Position numbers and translations under genes: made by a program. 55,305 nucleotides of DNA from positions 1 through 55,305 of the forward strand of contig LCNU01000003.1 in the NCBI GenBank assembly GCA_001001375.1. The letters are read 5' to 3'. This document shows positions 8,371 through 17,587 of this stretch, piece after piece. This DNA comes from Candidatus Amesbacteria bacterium GW2011_GWC1_47_15 (GTDB lineage Bacteria > Patescibacteriota > Microgenomatia > CAZETR01 > Amesbacteraceae). The notes beneath the pieces were generated by a model that saw only the letters and a list, made by a program, of their open reading frames with translations, made no database searches and was not told the DNA's origin. Within the stretch, counting starts at the first letter, position 1, and each line of letters begins with the position of its first letter.

Positions 8371-11250
8371 TTAGATCAATTCAACAACGATGTTTTCCCC
8401 GGGAAAAAATTCTGTAGCAAGCGTCTGAATTTTTATTTTTTCTATTAATTCCCGACTGTCCGGTAAAGGTGCCCTCAGACGAATCGGCTGGTCGAGTCTG
8501 GCATTGAGCCGCTTCCGTTCTTCCTGAATCCGACGAATAAGTTCACGTGCTTTACCTTCTTCAACGAGTTCGGAATCTAAGTCTAGGTCTAAGCTGACTG
8601 ATAAATCAGCAGCTTTTTGCCAAACCAGAGATTTGACATTAACTTCGTCCAGGAGCAATTGATTTAATTCCGGCACAAGCGGATCCTGTGGGGAAAATAC
8701 GGTTAATGTCCGAAGCGGCTGACGCACTCGGGTTCCTGATTCTTTCCGGACAGAAAGGGCCTTTTCCACAATTTTGCGCACGTATTTCATATCTTCGACC
8801 AATCGGGTATCCTGTTTACTCATTTTAGATCCAGCAGGCCAAGAAGAAAGATGAACACTTTCCTCCCCTGACAGGTTCCTGTAAATTTCCTCTGAAATGA
8901 AAGGGGTGAACGGGGCAAGCAGCCGGCAGAGGGTGGTGAGCAAGGTATAGAGAGTAAAATGACTGGCCTCTTTGTCCTTTGAATCCTGCGCGGAAGGACC
9001 TACTCTTTCACGGGAACGGCGGACATACCATAGAGAAAGATCAGAAACAAGTTCTTCAATTGTGCGTGATGCAGTATAGGCATCATACTTGTCCAACGAC
9101 TGAGTGACCAGTTTCAACGTTTGGTTTAAACGGACAAGAATCCATCTGTCAAGTATTGAGTAATGAGTTGCGGGTAAGGGGTATTGAGGTCTAAAATTGT
9201 CCAGGTTGGCGTAAGTGACAAAGAAGTTGTACACATTCCACAAAGTCAGAATAAAGCGCCTACGCGTTTCATCGGCTTTTTGATATCCAAAAAGCAGGTT
9301 TGATTCAGGATTTTGAGTAGAAAACATCCAGCGCATAACATCGACACCAATCTTATCCGCACCTTCGTTGAATTCGATCGAATTACCCCAAGATTTGTGC
9401 ATAGGCCGACCGTCCTCTGCCAAAAGTGAAGCAAAACCCAGTACCGTCTTGAATGGGTTGGTTTTGGCCAGTACCGTACCCATCGCTAAAAGGGAATAAA
9501 ACCAATTTTTAAACTGGCCGGGGAAAGATTCGGTGATAAAATCTGCCGGAAACCACCCTGACGGCAGGGTGGAAAAAGATACGATTCCGGCGTCCAGCCA
9601 AGGATTTCCCACATCATGTATCCGCGGAACCGGTTCGCCGCAATCTGTGCATTTGATTTTGACCTCATCAATCCAGGGACGGTGAGGTGAATTTCCCTCA
9701 AATAACTCCCATCCGGATACAGCCCGCGATTTGAGTTCGTCTTTACCACCGATAACTTCAAATTTACCGCACGACGGACACTCATAAACAGGCAGTGCCA
9801 ACCCCCAGTATCGGTTTTTTTTGGAGATCAACCAATCGTGCATATTGTCCAGCCAATCCAATTCCCTATCCAATCCGAAATCCGGCAGCCATTTAATCTT
9901 TTTAGCAACGGAGATCATTTGTTTACGAAGTGTCAGTCCTTTCGCGTGAGTCGGATCCGGTTTATCCATGGCTATATACCATTCCTGAGCAACTTTCCAA
10001 ACCAGTTCGGTTTTGCAGCGCCAGCAGGCAGGATACCGGTGAGTAAAGTTGTGGATATGAAATACCCAGTTTTCGCCTTTACTGTCCTTATCGCTCAAGT
10101 AATCCAATATTATTTCCGGATGTTTTTTGGCGTTTTGTCCCGCCAGCCAATCTAATCCGGGTAAATAATCCGCGTTATCGGCAATTACCTCAATCAATGG
10201 CAGACCTATTTTCTGCCCTAATTTAAAATCCTCCACACCAGCTGAAACTGCCGTATGGACCAAACCCGTCCCTTCCTCTACGCTAATCGGCATTATTCGC
10301 GGGTCGGACGCAACAACGGTATGGAAAAGAGGATGTTCTGAAACTTGCTTTACGGCTAGTAAATCGTCAAAAGGCCCCCGATATTTCAACCCTAACAATT
10401 TTTTACCGGGAACAGTTTTTAAAAGAGCCGCATAGCCGCTTTTGAATACCGTTTCTACCAGATCTTTAGCGACCCAGAAATTAAAACCGCTATTGCCTTT
10501 GACAAGAGTGTAGTCGATTTTCGGATCCACCGTTACCGCGATATTGGCAGGCAGAGTCCAGGGTGTGGTAGTCCACACAAGCAAGAATTCATTTTCACGG
10601 CCGATGACCGGAAGTTTCAGATAAATAGACTTATGAGTAACTTCTTTATAATCCTCGGTCAGCATTTCGTGTTGGGAAATCGCTGTTTCACAACGGGGGC
10701 ACCAGGGAACCGAATCCAGGCCTTTGTAGACCCATCCCCGATCATAGCAAACCTTTAGAAATTGCCAAATTGAATAATTATTTTCGTCTGACATTGTGAA
10801 ATATGATTTATCCCAATCCATGAAATATCCCAAACGTTTACTCTGATCTGTCTGGATTGAGGAATATTTATATACCCTTTCCTTGCATTTGTTGACAAAA
10901 TTGGCGACACCATAATCCTCAATATCTTTTTTGGACTTAAAACCCAAATCCTTTTCCACTTCTACCTCTACCCACAATCCCTGACAATCGAAACCATTTT
11001 GATATCTCTGCTTATACCCCAAATAAGTATAATATCTCTGCCAGAGGTCTTTATACGTCCTTCCCCAGGCATGATGAACGCCCATCGGATTGTTAGCAGT
11101 GATCGGTCCATCCAAAAAGGAAAATGTTTTTTGAGATGAGTCGTTTTTATGGAGATATTTTTCAACTATTCCGGAATCGTACCACCACCTGAGAATCTCT
11201 CTTTCCAAAGCCGGAAAATCAACCTGGGGAGATACCGGTTTAAAGACCAT
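8371..11250 (-). CDS. ileS: Isoleucyl-tRNA synthetase, type 2 (eukaryote/archaea-like)
   Basis: 959 aa. HIGH-region NNPMGVHHAWGRTYKD, KMSKS-equivalent GRPMHKSWGNS, and Zn knuckles CPRCETA / CWRCKTE / CPSCG. Confidence 0.95.
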   Translation of the reverse strand: MVFKPVSPQVDFPALEREILRWWYDSGIVEKYLHKNDSSQKTFSFLDGPITANNPMGVHHAWGRTYKDLWQRYYTYLGYKQRYQNGFDCQGLWVEVEVEKDLGFKSKKDIEDYGVANFVNKCKERVYKYSSIQTDQSKRLGYFMDWDKSYFTMSDENNYSIWQFLKVCYDRGWVYKGLDSVPWCPRCETAISQHEMLTEDYKEVTHKSIYLKLPVIGRENEFLLVWTTTPWTLPANIAVTVDPKIDYTLVKGNSGFNFWVAKDLVETVFKSGYAALLKTVPGKKLLGLKYRGPFDDLLAVKQVSEHPLFHTVVASDPRIMPISVEEGTGLVHTAVSAGVEDFKLGQKIGLPLIEVIADNADYLPGLDWLAGQNAKKHPEIILDYLSDKDSKGENWVFHIHNFTHRYPACWRCKTELVWKVAQEWYIAMDKPDPTHAKGLTLRKQMISVAKKIKWLPDFGLDRELDWLDNMHDWLISKKNRYWGLALPVYECPSCGKFEVIGGKDELKSRAVSGWELFEGNSPHRPWIDEVKIKCTDCGEPVPRIHDVGNPWLDAGIVSFSTLPSGWFPADFITESFPGQFKNWFYSLLAMGTVLAKTNPFKTVLGFASLLAEDGRPMHKSWGNSIEFNEGADKIGVDVMRWMFSTQNPESNLLFGYQKADETRRRFILTLWNVYNFFVTYANLDNFRPQYPLPATHYSILDRWILVRLNQTLKLVTQSLDKYDAYTASRTIEELVSDLSLWYVRRSRERVGPSAQDSKDKEASHFTLYTLLTTLCRLLAPFTPFISEEIYRNLSGEESVHLSSWPAGSKMSKQDTRLVEDMKYVRKIVEKALSVRKESGTRVRQPLRTLTVFSPQDPLVPELNQLLLDEVNVKSLVWQKAADLSVSLDLDLDSELVEEGKARELIRRIQEERKRLNARLDQPIRLRAPLPDSRELIEKIKIQTLATEFFPGENIVVELI

Positions 11251-11256
11251 GAAGAG

Positions 11257-11265
11257 ATTTTAACA
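11257..11265 (-). promoter_or_regulatory. Extended -10 element TGTTAAAAT, 6 nt upstream of the ileS ATG (leaderless-type promoter)
   Basis: The minus strand reads TTTGTTAAAATCTCTTC-ATG (ATG at 11250). There is no room for a T-box leader or a Shine-Dalgarno sequence. Confidence 0.45.
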
Positions 11266-11308
11266 AATTAATAAGGATCTATCTGTCTCACTTGAATAGA
11301 GAATCCTT

Positions 11309-11325
11309 AAAGGAGTATCCTTTTT
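11309..11325 (+). repeat. REP-like half-site AAAGGAGTATCCTTTTT upstream of the RAYT gene
   Basis: A 15-nt core, AAGGAGTATCCTTTT, is identical to the 3' arm of the palindrome at 12017-12047. The adjacent 12-mer ATCCTTAAAGGA (11303-11314) recurs inside the gene at 11829-11840. Confidence 0.5.
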
Positions 11326-11331
11326 ATTGAA

Positions 11332-12033
11332 ATGCCGGCAAAGAACGTGCTTAAGCAGTATGTCGATAATGGTTACTATCACCTGTACAATCGGGGAGTA
11401 GAAAAGAGAATAATTTTTTCTGATAAGGAAGATGAAGCGGTGTTTTTATCCTACCTGAAAAATTATCTAATACCTAAAAATACTCTTGAATTGAGTTCGT
11501 TATTAAGTAACAGTAATTCTTTGGCGGTTGAAAAGGCTGAAGCGGTAAGATTGTTAAGGTTAAACAATTTTTCTGCAGAAATCGACTTGTTAGCTTTTTG
11601 TTTAATGCCAAACCATTTCCATTTACTAGTAAAGCAAAACAGTTCCAGATCTATCGAAATGTTTATGCGCTCACTTGGAACAAGATATGTTCAATATTTC
11701 AATCACAAGCATGGAAAAAGGGTGGGGGGACTTTTTCAGGACACATATAAAGCAGCATCAATCGAATCCGAAGAACAACTTTTGCACCTGACTCGGTATA
11801 TACATCTTAACCCTTACATTAAAGCAGTATCCTTAAAGGACTCTCCTCACCCCTCTTCCTATAAAAATTATCTGGGAATAATCAAGCAGAATTGGGTTAA
11901 ACCACAAAAAATATTAGAGCTCTTTTCGAAAACCGGGGTAAATTCTTATGAGCATTTTGTTGAAGGTCATGAATGGGACGCTGATTCTTTGAGTTTTATT
12001 TCGGAAGTTATTTTAGAAAAGGATACTCCTTGA
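11332..12033 (+). mobile_element. rayT: REP-associated tyrosine transposase-like protein (RAYT / IS200-like Y1 HUH transposase)
   Basis: 233 aa. HUH motif LMPNHFHLLV and the catalytic-Tyr region LTRYIHLNP. The gene is AT-rich (19 G+C in nt 11401-11460), sits between core genes and is flanked by shared palindromic repeats. Confidence 0.75.
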
Positions 12034-12047
12034 AGGAGTATCCTTTT
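12017..12047. repeat. Perfect 13-bp-stem REP-like palindrome (AAAAGGATACTCC-TTGAA-GGAGTATCCTTTT) spanning the RAYT stop codon; it may also act as a bidirectional terminator
   Basis: The arms are exact reverse complements. The TGA stop (12031-12033) sits in the loop. The stem is bracketed by A4 and T4 and followed by GCCATTTTTT. Confidence 0.65.
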
Positions 12048-12157
12048 GCCATTTTTTAATACAAACGCTTCTACTCCAGCGGGGTCCCCATTTTTTGCAA
12101 CCCGATTAATTATTTCCAACGCCGTAAGCTTTTATATTATAAGGGATTTTTAATTGA

Positions 12158-13333
12158 TTATTTTCCCTGTCTTAAGAAAGCCGGGATATCCCAATCGTCT
12201 TCCTGGGGTGTATCGTCCGTCTGATCGGCTGGAGGGGCCGGATTGGCCACTGGTGCAGACACCGGTGGATTAGCAGTAGGCTGGTTCCTGGGTTTTTCAC
12301 TGACCAGTCCTGTGGAAATTGGACTGCTGCCCGGCTGGGGCCGCTGTCGGCTCATCATACTGGCCAAACGAGCCCTGGTCTCATCAAAACCGGTGGCAAT
12401 GACGGTAATTCGCATCTGGTCAATGAGTTTTTCGTCTATGGCTGAACCGAAAATGATATTGGCATCCGCATCCGCGGCTTCTGAAATAATCTTGGCCGCT
12501 TCGTCTACTTCCGCCATGGTCATATCCGGTCCGCCAGTGATATTGAAAAGCACGCCTTTGGCACCTTCTATAGACACTTCCAGGAGAGGTGAGGAGATTG
12601 CGGCCCGTGATGCCATTTGTGCACGGTTGTCCCCTACTCCGGTGCCAATACCCATCAAAGCCGAGCCCGCATCTTTCATGATAGATTTCACATCGGCAAA
12701 ATCTACATTGATAAGGCCGGGAACTGTAATAATGTCGGAAATCCCCTGAACACCCTGCGTAAGAACCGAGTCCGCCACTCTGAAAGCTTCCAGCAGCGTC
12801 ATTTTGCGGTCTATGACATCGAGCAGCCGCTGGTTGGGAATGACGATGAGAGTATCAACCTTATCCTTCAGCTTCTCAATACCCTCTTCCGCGTTGACCA
12901 TTCTCCTGGCCCCTTCGAAAGCAAAAGGTTTGGTGACGATCGCAACTGTCAGAGCTCCCAATTCCTTAGAAATTTCAGCAATTATCGGCGCCGCACCCGT
13001 ACCCGTACCTCCACCCATGCCGGAAGTTATAAATACCATATCCGAATCCACAAGAAATTCCTTCACCTTTTCCCGGGATTCTTCTGCCGCCTGGGCGCCG
13101 ATTTCCGGATTGCCGCCCGACCCCAAACCCCGGGTCAGATTATCCCCAATTTGAAGTTTGGTGGTAGCCAGGTTGGTGAGGAGTACCTGGGCATCAGTAT
13201 TTACGACAATAAATTCAACACCCTGAATGGTGCCGCTGTTTATCATGGAGTTTAGCGCATTGCCGCCGCCCCCTCCGACACCTATGACCTTTATCCGGGC
13301 GAGCCTACCCACATCTGGTTTGACTAATGCCAT
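12158..13333 (-). CDS. ftsZ: Cell division GTPase FtsZ
   Basis: Tubulin signature [11 protein letters not shown]-terminal [13 protein letters not shown], and the C-terminal peptide [11 protein letters not shown]. Confidence 0.97.
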   Translation of the reverse strand: MALVKPDVGRLARIKVIGVGGGGGNALNSMINSGTIQGVEFIVVNTDAQVLLTNLATTKLQIGDNLTRGLGSGGNPEIGAQAAEESREKVKEFLVDSDMVFITSGMGGGTGTGAAPIIAEISKELGALTVAIVTKPFAFEGARRMVNAEEGIEKLKDKVDTLIVIPNQRLLDVIDRKMTLLEAFRVADSVLTQGVQGISDIITVPGLINVDFADVKSIMKDAGSALMGIGTGVGDNRAQMASRAAISSPLLEVSIEGAKGVLFNITGGPDMTMAEVDEAAKIISEAADADANIIFGSAIDEKLIDQMRITVIATGFDETRARLASMMSRQRPQPGSSPISTGLVSEKPRNQPTANPPVSAPVANPAPPADQTDDTPQEDDWDIPAFLRQGK

Positions 13334-13405
13334 GTTTGATTGTTTTTCTAATTATACGGGCAGAAGCAATCTTACTCTTTCAATTGTTGATTTTAACAGG
13401 GGGAT

Positions 13406-14668
13406 TCAGGGCAGTAAAGTCTTAACCCACTGAGTGATTTTGCCAAAAACATTTTTCACGGGTAATTTGTCTAATGAAGGGAAAGAAATTCCCTTTGAAG
13501 AGTGACTGATGCTCTGATCTTCAAATCGATTACGTGCATATTTGAGCAATCCTACCGACGCAGCAAACGCAGGATTGTCAATATCATCAATAAGTCCCGA
13601 AATACCGGTAGGTTTACCGATCCGCACCGGCATAGCCAAAGTCCTTTTTGCAGATTCAGTAATACCAACTGTCAGTGCGCCGCCTCCGCATAATACCAAT
13701 CCCGATGGGGTAAGTCCGGCCAAGCCGCTTTTTTTGATTTCTCCGGCTATCATTTGAAACATTTCGTTCAGGCGAGGCCGGATAATGCCTTCTGACAAGG
13801 TTTTATTGGATAGAGTTTTGACATCTTCGGGAAGCCGGAGAGAACTGACATCGATTTCATCTTCTTTTGTCTTGACGGTTCCCAAGTGAATCTTGATTTT
13901 TTCTGCACTTTCCAGGGATACCCGCAAACCGGCTGCCAGATCCTTGGTGACATTTATGGCTCCGACCTGCAACACGGCAGAGTAAGACAAGGCGCCTTCC
14001 ACAAAAATAGCAACACTCATAGTCCCCCCGCCGATGTCTACCAATACTACCCCCAATTCTTTTTCGGTATCGGAAAGGACTGCTTCACTTGCGGATAGCC
14101 CCGAAAATACCAAGCCGGCCACGTCGCATCCGACTTCACTGACACATTTTGTAAGATTCTTGATGACGGGTGAAGAACCAATTACGATATGAGTGTCCAC
14201 TTCCAGGCGAACACCTGTCATTCCCACCGGGTCTTTCACGCCCTCCTGACTGTCTACGGTATACTGCCGCGGCAGCACATGAATTATCTCTGAAGAAGTG
14301 GGAAGTGAGACTGCCCGGGCTGCTTCCAACACCCGCCGAACGTCTTCCGGGTTTATTTCCCCGTGAGGCTGGGAAACAGCGACTACACCATGACTGTTGT
14401 GTGAACCGATATGAGGACCGCCGACCGATACCCAGGCTTGCGGTATGTTATATCCGGCCATTCTCTCAGCAGACTCCACAGCTTCTTCTATGGCAGACAC
14501 GGCCTCTTCGATATTCACTATCTGACCCTTACGAACACCTTTGGATACGGAAGACGAAGCACCTACTACATGGAGTTTCTCCGATTCTTCTTCACGATAC
14601 TGGGCGATCAGCGCAGTGATCTTTGAGCTTCCAATATCTATGGCAGAAATAATTTTACTTTTGGCCAT
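13406..14668 (-). CDS. ftsA: Cell division protein FtsA (actin-like ATPase)
   Basis: N-terminal IISAIDIGSSKITALIA, DIGGGT, and GGGALTVGI motifs. Position is upstream of ftsZ. Confidence 0.93.
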   Translation of the reverse strand: MAKSKIISAIDIGSSKITALIAQYREEESEKLHVVGASSSVSKGVRKGQIVNIEEAVSAIEEAVESAERMAGYNIPQAWVSVGGPHIGSHNSHGVVAVSQPHGEINPEDVRRVLEAARAVSLPTSSEIIHVLPRQYTVDSQEGVKDPVGMTGVRLEVDTHIVIGSSPVIKNLTKCVSEVGCDVAGLVFSGLSASEAVLSDTEKELGVVLVDIGGGTMSVAIFVEGALSYSAVLQVGAINVTKDLAAGLRVSLESAEKIKIHLGTVKTKEDEIDVSSLRLPEDVKTLSNKTLSEGIIRPRLNEMFQMIAGEIKKSGLAGLTPSGLVLCGGGALTVGITESAKRTLAMPVRIGKPTGISGLIDDIDNPAFAASVGLLKYARNRFEDQSISHSSKGISFPSLDKLPVKNVFGKITQWVKTLLP

Positions 14669-14719
14669 GTGGCTTATCCATTATAACCTCCACTACTGAT
14701 TTTGCAAAAACCTGAAATG

Positions 14720-15415
14720 CTAATAAGATACTACGGGGTCAAGAAAGCGTAAATCAATTATTGCCGGTAAGTCGGATTTTATTCTGCCCCGGTCAAATAT
14801 TTTCTGCAGGGCCGGCTGCCATGAATCCACGGGGCGGGCAATATCTATCAGCACTTTTGTACTTGCTCCGACGTGGGCTTCCAATATAGAGCTTTTCAGA
14901 AACCCGACCACACGGGACGGGGAATAAGGACTCAAGATGCTGAGTGCTTTAAGCGCCTGAGTTTCCAGGGGTGATAGCTGTCCCGGGGGGGAAGACAACA
15001 CCAGCAAAGGTAATCCGGAGACAGTGGCCTCACCATATGTCCAACCTTCGTCATCCACGCTGGTAGCTTCCCCCAGAACAGAAGAACTTACGGCGCCGAT
15101 CGGCCTTCTCAGATTCACAGCCAATACCAAGGTGGACGGAAGACGGCGATATACATTCAGGTTTTTGATTTCCGGAAATTTTTTTAGATCATTCCTAATC
15201 TTACTAACCGGCAAGGGTTTGATAAGCGTCCGTCCAACCAACCATGTCAGTTGACCAACGTAATCCGGGGGGCATAAACCAAACTGGGTGTAACATTCCA
15301 CCTCACGTGCGCGAAAAAGCTGTATGCTAAGTATTACTGACAGAAATATGACTGAAATGAATAAAGGTTTTTTACGGGACTTTTTATGAGTGGCATGTGA
15401 TTTGTTTACGTTCAT
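14720..15415 (-). CDS. ftsQ: FtsQ/DivIB-like cell division protein (TM + POTRA)
   Basis: Basic N-terminus, one TM helix (LFISVIFLSVILSIQLF), then a POTRA-like region. Position is between murG and ftsA. Sequence similarity is weak, so the call rests mainly on architecture and synteny. Confidence 0.65.
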   Translation of the reverse strand: MNVNKSHATHKKSRKKPLFISVIFLSVILSIQLFRAREVECYTQFGLCPPDYVGQLTWLVGRTLIKPLPVSKIRNDLKKFPEIKNLNVYRRLPSTLVLAVNLRRPIGAVSSSVLGEATSVDDEGWTYGEATVSGLPLLVLSSPPGQLSPLETQALKALSILSPYSPSRVVGFLKSSILEAHVGASTKVLIDIARPVDSWQPALQKIFDRGRIKSDLPAIIDLRFLDPVVSY

Positions 15416-16515
15416 ACAATTTCTGAAAAAATTAATTTCTCCAGTTTATCCTCTGAGCCTGTTTCCAAAACGATGGGTTCCGGACTCAATGTCAACGCTT
15501 CATCTAATTTCCGACTTAAGCTTTCGGGTGACAGGTCCTTTTGCTCCAAGAGGACTGCCTGGCCGGATGATATAAGTATCCGGGCATTGGCATTTTGCTC
15601 ACTGTGAGAAGACTGCGGGATTGGTATCAAGACAGCAGGGATGCCCAGATATGCCAACTCGTAAATAATATGCGCACCCGCCCGGCTGACGACCAACGAG
15701 ACCTGTGAAAGAATGGTTCTTAAATTTTCGGAAGAAATGTAATCGTAGACAAGATATTTAGACTGCTGCTCTAATGTAAGGTCCTTTCTTATTTTTTGAG
15801 CTGTCTTAAAATCGTTAAAAATTGTGGAAGATCCGGTCTGATGAATGATATTATACCGGTGCAGCAAGTCCGGCAATGATGAAAATATGCAATTATTTAT
15901 GGCATGGGAACCCTGTTTGCCGCCGGTAACTAAAACCGTTTTTATTTTTGATGATTTTATCCCGGAGAGATTTTTTAACCTGTCCGCTTTGGCCGCGGTT
16001 ATTTCCGGCCTAAGCGGAAGACCAGTGAGAAGAGTCTTGCCAGGCGGATAGTAAGCCAAACTGGACGGCCAGGAAACCGCAATTTTTCTGGAAAAAAATC
16101 CGATCAGGCGATTTGCGTAGCCAGAAATTGCCGTTTGCTCATGGGTAATCACTGGTATCCCCAAGATCCAAGCCGCAATCACAACAGGTACAGCCAGGTA
16201 TCCGCCAAACGACACCACTCCCTGCGGGTGGATTTTTAACAAAATCCACAGGGCCTGAAAAAATCCCAGCGGAATACGAATTAATTTTAGAGGGTGATAA
16301 GTACGATAGAATTTTCCTGCCCGCAATTCGATGAATTTTATTCCTTCTGAGGCGACTTCCCGGTATTCTGCGGACAAAGCGGTATCTCCCCACATGGAAT
16401 ATCGATGACCAATCCATATAATATTAAGGCCTTTCTTACGCAGCCTGCGTGCCAACACCAAAGCACTGTTGTGATGCCCCCCGGTAATTACAATAGTCTG
16501 ATTATCTTTGCGCAT
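15412..16515 (-). CDS. murG: Lipid II synthase MurG (UDP-GlcNAc:lipid I GlcNAc transferase)
   Basis: 367-aa GT28-type protein: N-terminal IVITGGHHNSAL, C-terminal VVSRAGAHIIYELAYLGIPAVLIP. It has dcw synteny and an ATGA overlap with ftsQ. Confidence 0.88.
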   Translation of the reverse strand: MRKDNQTIVITGGHHNSALVLARRLRKKGLNIIWIGHRYSMWGDTALSAEYREVASEGIKFIELRAGKFYRTYHPLKLIRIPLGFFQALWILLKIHPQGVVSFGGYLAVPVVIAAWILGIPVITHEQTAISGYANRLIGFFSRKIAVSWPSSLAYYPPGKTLLTGLPLRPEITAAKADRLKNLSGIKSSKIKTVLVTGGKQGSHAINNCIFSSLPDLLHRYNIIHQTGSSTIFNDFKTAQKIRKDLTLEQQSKYLVYDYISSENLRTILSQVSLVVSRAGAHIIYELAYLGIPAVLIPIPQSSHSEQNANARILISSGQAVLLEQKDLSPESLSRKLDEALTLSPEPIVLETGSEDKLEKLIFSEIV

Positions 16516-17587
16516 TTATACTCCTGGAAATATTAAGCAAAATACCACAAGACATGAGATTTATTACTAATGCCGACCCCCCGTAGGAAATAAAATTCAG
16601 GGGTATCCCAGTTAATGGAAAAAGGGCGGTAATAGCCGATATGTTTAGAAATGCCTGCAGCCCTAAACTGCCTGATAATGCCAGCGCCAGATTTGAAGAA
16701 AAGGGATGGACAGCTGCCTGCGATACCTGCAGAGCGGCCAGGGTTAATATCAGAAAAATAATCAGCAGGGCGGCCGAGCCCAACAATCCCAGTTCTTCGC
16801 TGACTACAGCAAAAATCGAATCGGTGGTGGCTTCCGGTAAAAAATCATATTTTTGCTTTGATTGTCCCAATCCCACTCCTCCTACACCTCCGGATCCGAT
16901 AGCCAAAACCGCCTGACGAATATGATAAGAACTGCCCAGCGGATCCGATGACGGATCGATAAATGACTTAAGCCGTGCCACCCGATAAGGGGCGATTAAT
17001 ATCAATAGCGTGATAGCCATTAGTGCCAGTGGCAGCAAGAGGAAAAAATAACTTAATTTTCCACCGCTACCGAAGTAGGTCACCAGGCTCATCCCGGTAA
17101 TCACCAGACTGGTACCCAAATCGGGCTGCAGCATGATTAATAAAACAATAAAACCCAACATCAGACCAAACTGAAGGATCCTATCCTTTCGTTTCAGAAG
17201 ACTGGCTAAATATATACCCAAGCTCAATTTGGCTATTTCAGAAGGTTGAATTGTGGTGAAACCCAAATTTATCCAGCGGCGGGCTCCAAAATAAGTTGAG
17301 CCGATTCCCGGGAGCAGGACGACAAACAATAAAAATACTGTGCCGATAAGAAAAAGGGCCGCAAATTTTTCTAAACTGCGATGCGGATATTTTGAAGAAA
17401 TCCAAAAAGCCCCGATCCCCACCAGGCTCCAAATTCCTTGTAGCTTTAAATAATACCATTTATCACCAAAATCCCGGAAGGCGGTAACCACGGATGCGCT
17501 GCCGATCATTATGAGCCCAATGAGAGTAAGTCCCAAAGGCAAATAAATTAATAGACGGCGAGATTTGTCCAAAGTTAGGTATTTCAT
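16502..17587 (-). CDS. ftsW: SEDS-family FtsW (lipid II polymerase/division)
   Basis: SEDS motifs QPSEIAKL, EATTDSIFAV, and PLTGIPLNFISYGGSA. ATG 17587 was chosen because it forms an ATGA overlap with the mraY stop. The track ORF begins at 17638. Confidence 0.88.
   Translation of the reverse strand: MKYLTLDKSRRLLIYLPLGLTLIGLIMIGSASVVTAFRDFGDKWYYLKLQGIWSLVGIGAFWISSKYPHRSLEKFAALFLIGTVFLLFVVLLPGIGSTYFGARRWINLGFTTIQPSEIAKLSLGIYLASLLKRKDRILQFGLMLGFIVLLIMLQPDLGTSLVITGMSLVTYFGSGGKLSYFFLLLPLALMAITLLILIAPYRVARLKSFIDPSSDPLGSSYHIRQAVLAIGSGGVGGVGLGQSKQKYDFLPEATTDSIFAVVSEELGLLGSAALLIIFLILTLAALQVSQAAVHPFSSNLALALSGSLGLQAFLNISAITALFPLTGIPLNFISYGGSALVINLMSCGILLNISRSINAQR

Noticed and set aside
11251-11331. 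T-box or other riboswitch leaders upstream of ileS and glyQS (24698-24796)
   Set aside because: The -10 elements sit 6-7 nt from the start codons and the spacers are only 81 and 99 nt, shared with neighbouring genes. No specifier-loop or terminator/antiterminator structure can fit.
12243-13255. Long plus-strand ORFs (168, 212 and 116 aa) antisense to ftsZ
   Set aside because: They lie entirely inside the unambiguous ftsZ CDS. Their translations are low-complexity Ala/Ser/Pro/Arg-rich shadows with no motifs, which is a typical antisense artefact of a Gly/Ala-rich gene.
13351-13356. TATAAT 17 nt upstream of the ftsZ ATG as an internal ftsZ promoter
   Set aside because: The only -35-like hexamer (TTGAAA, 13378-13383) is 21 nt away, which is too long a spacer, and no TG extension is present. 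A promoter is plausible but unsupported, so it is not listed as a feature.
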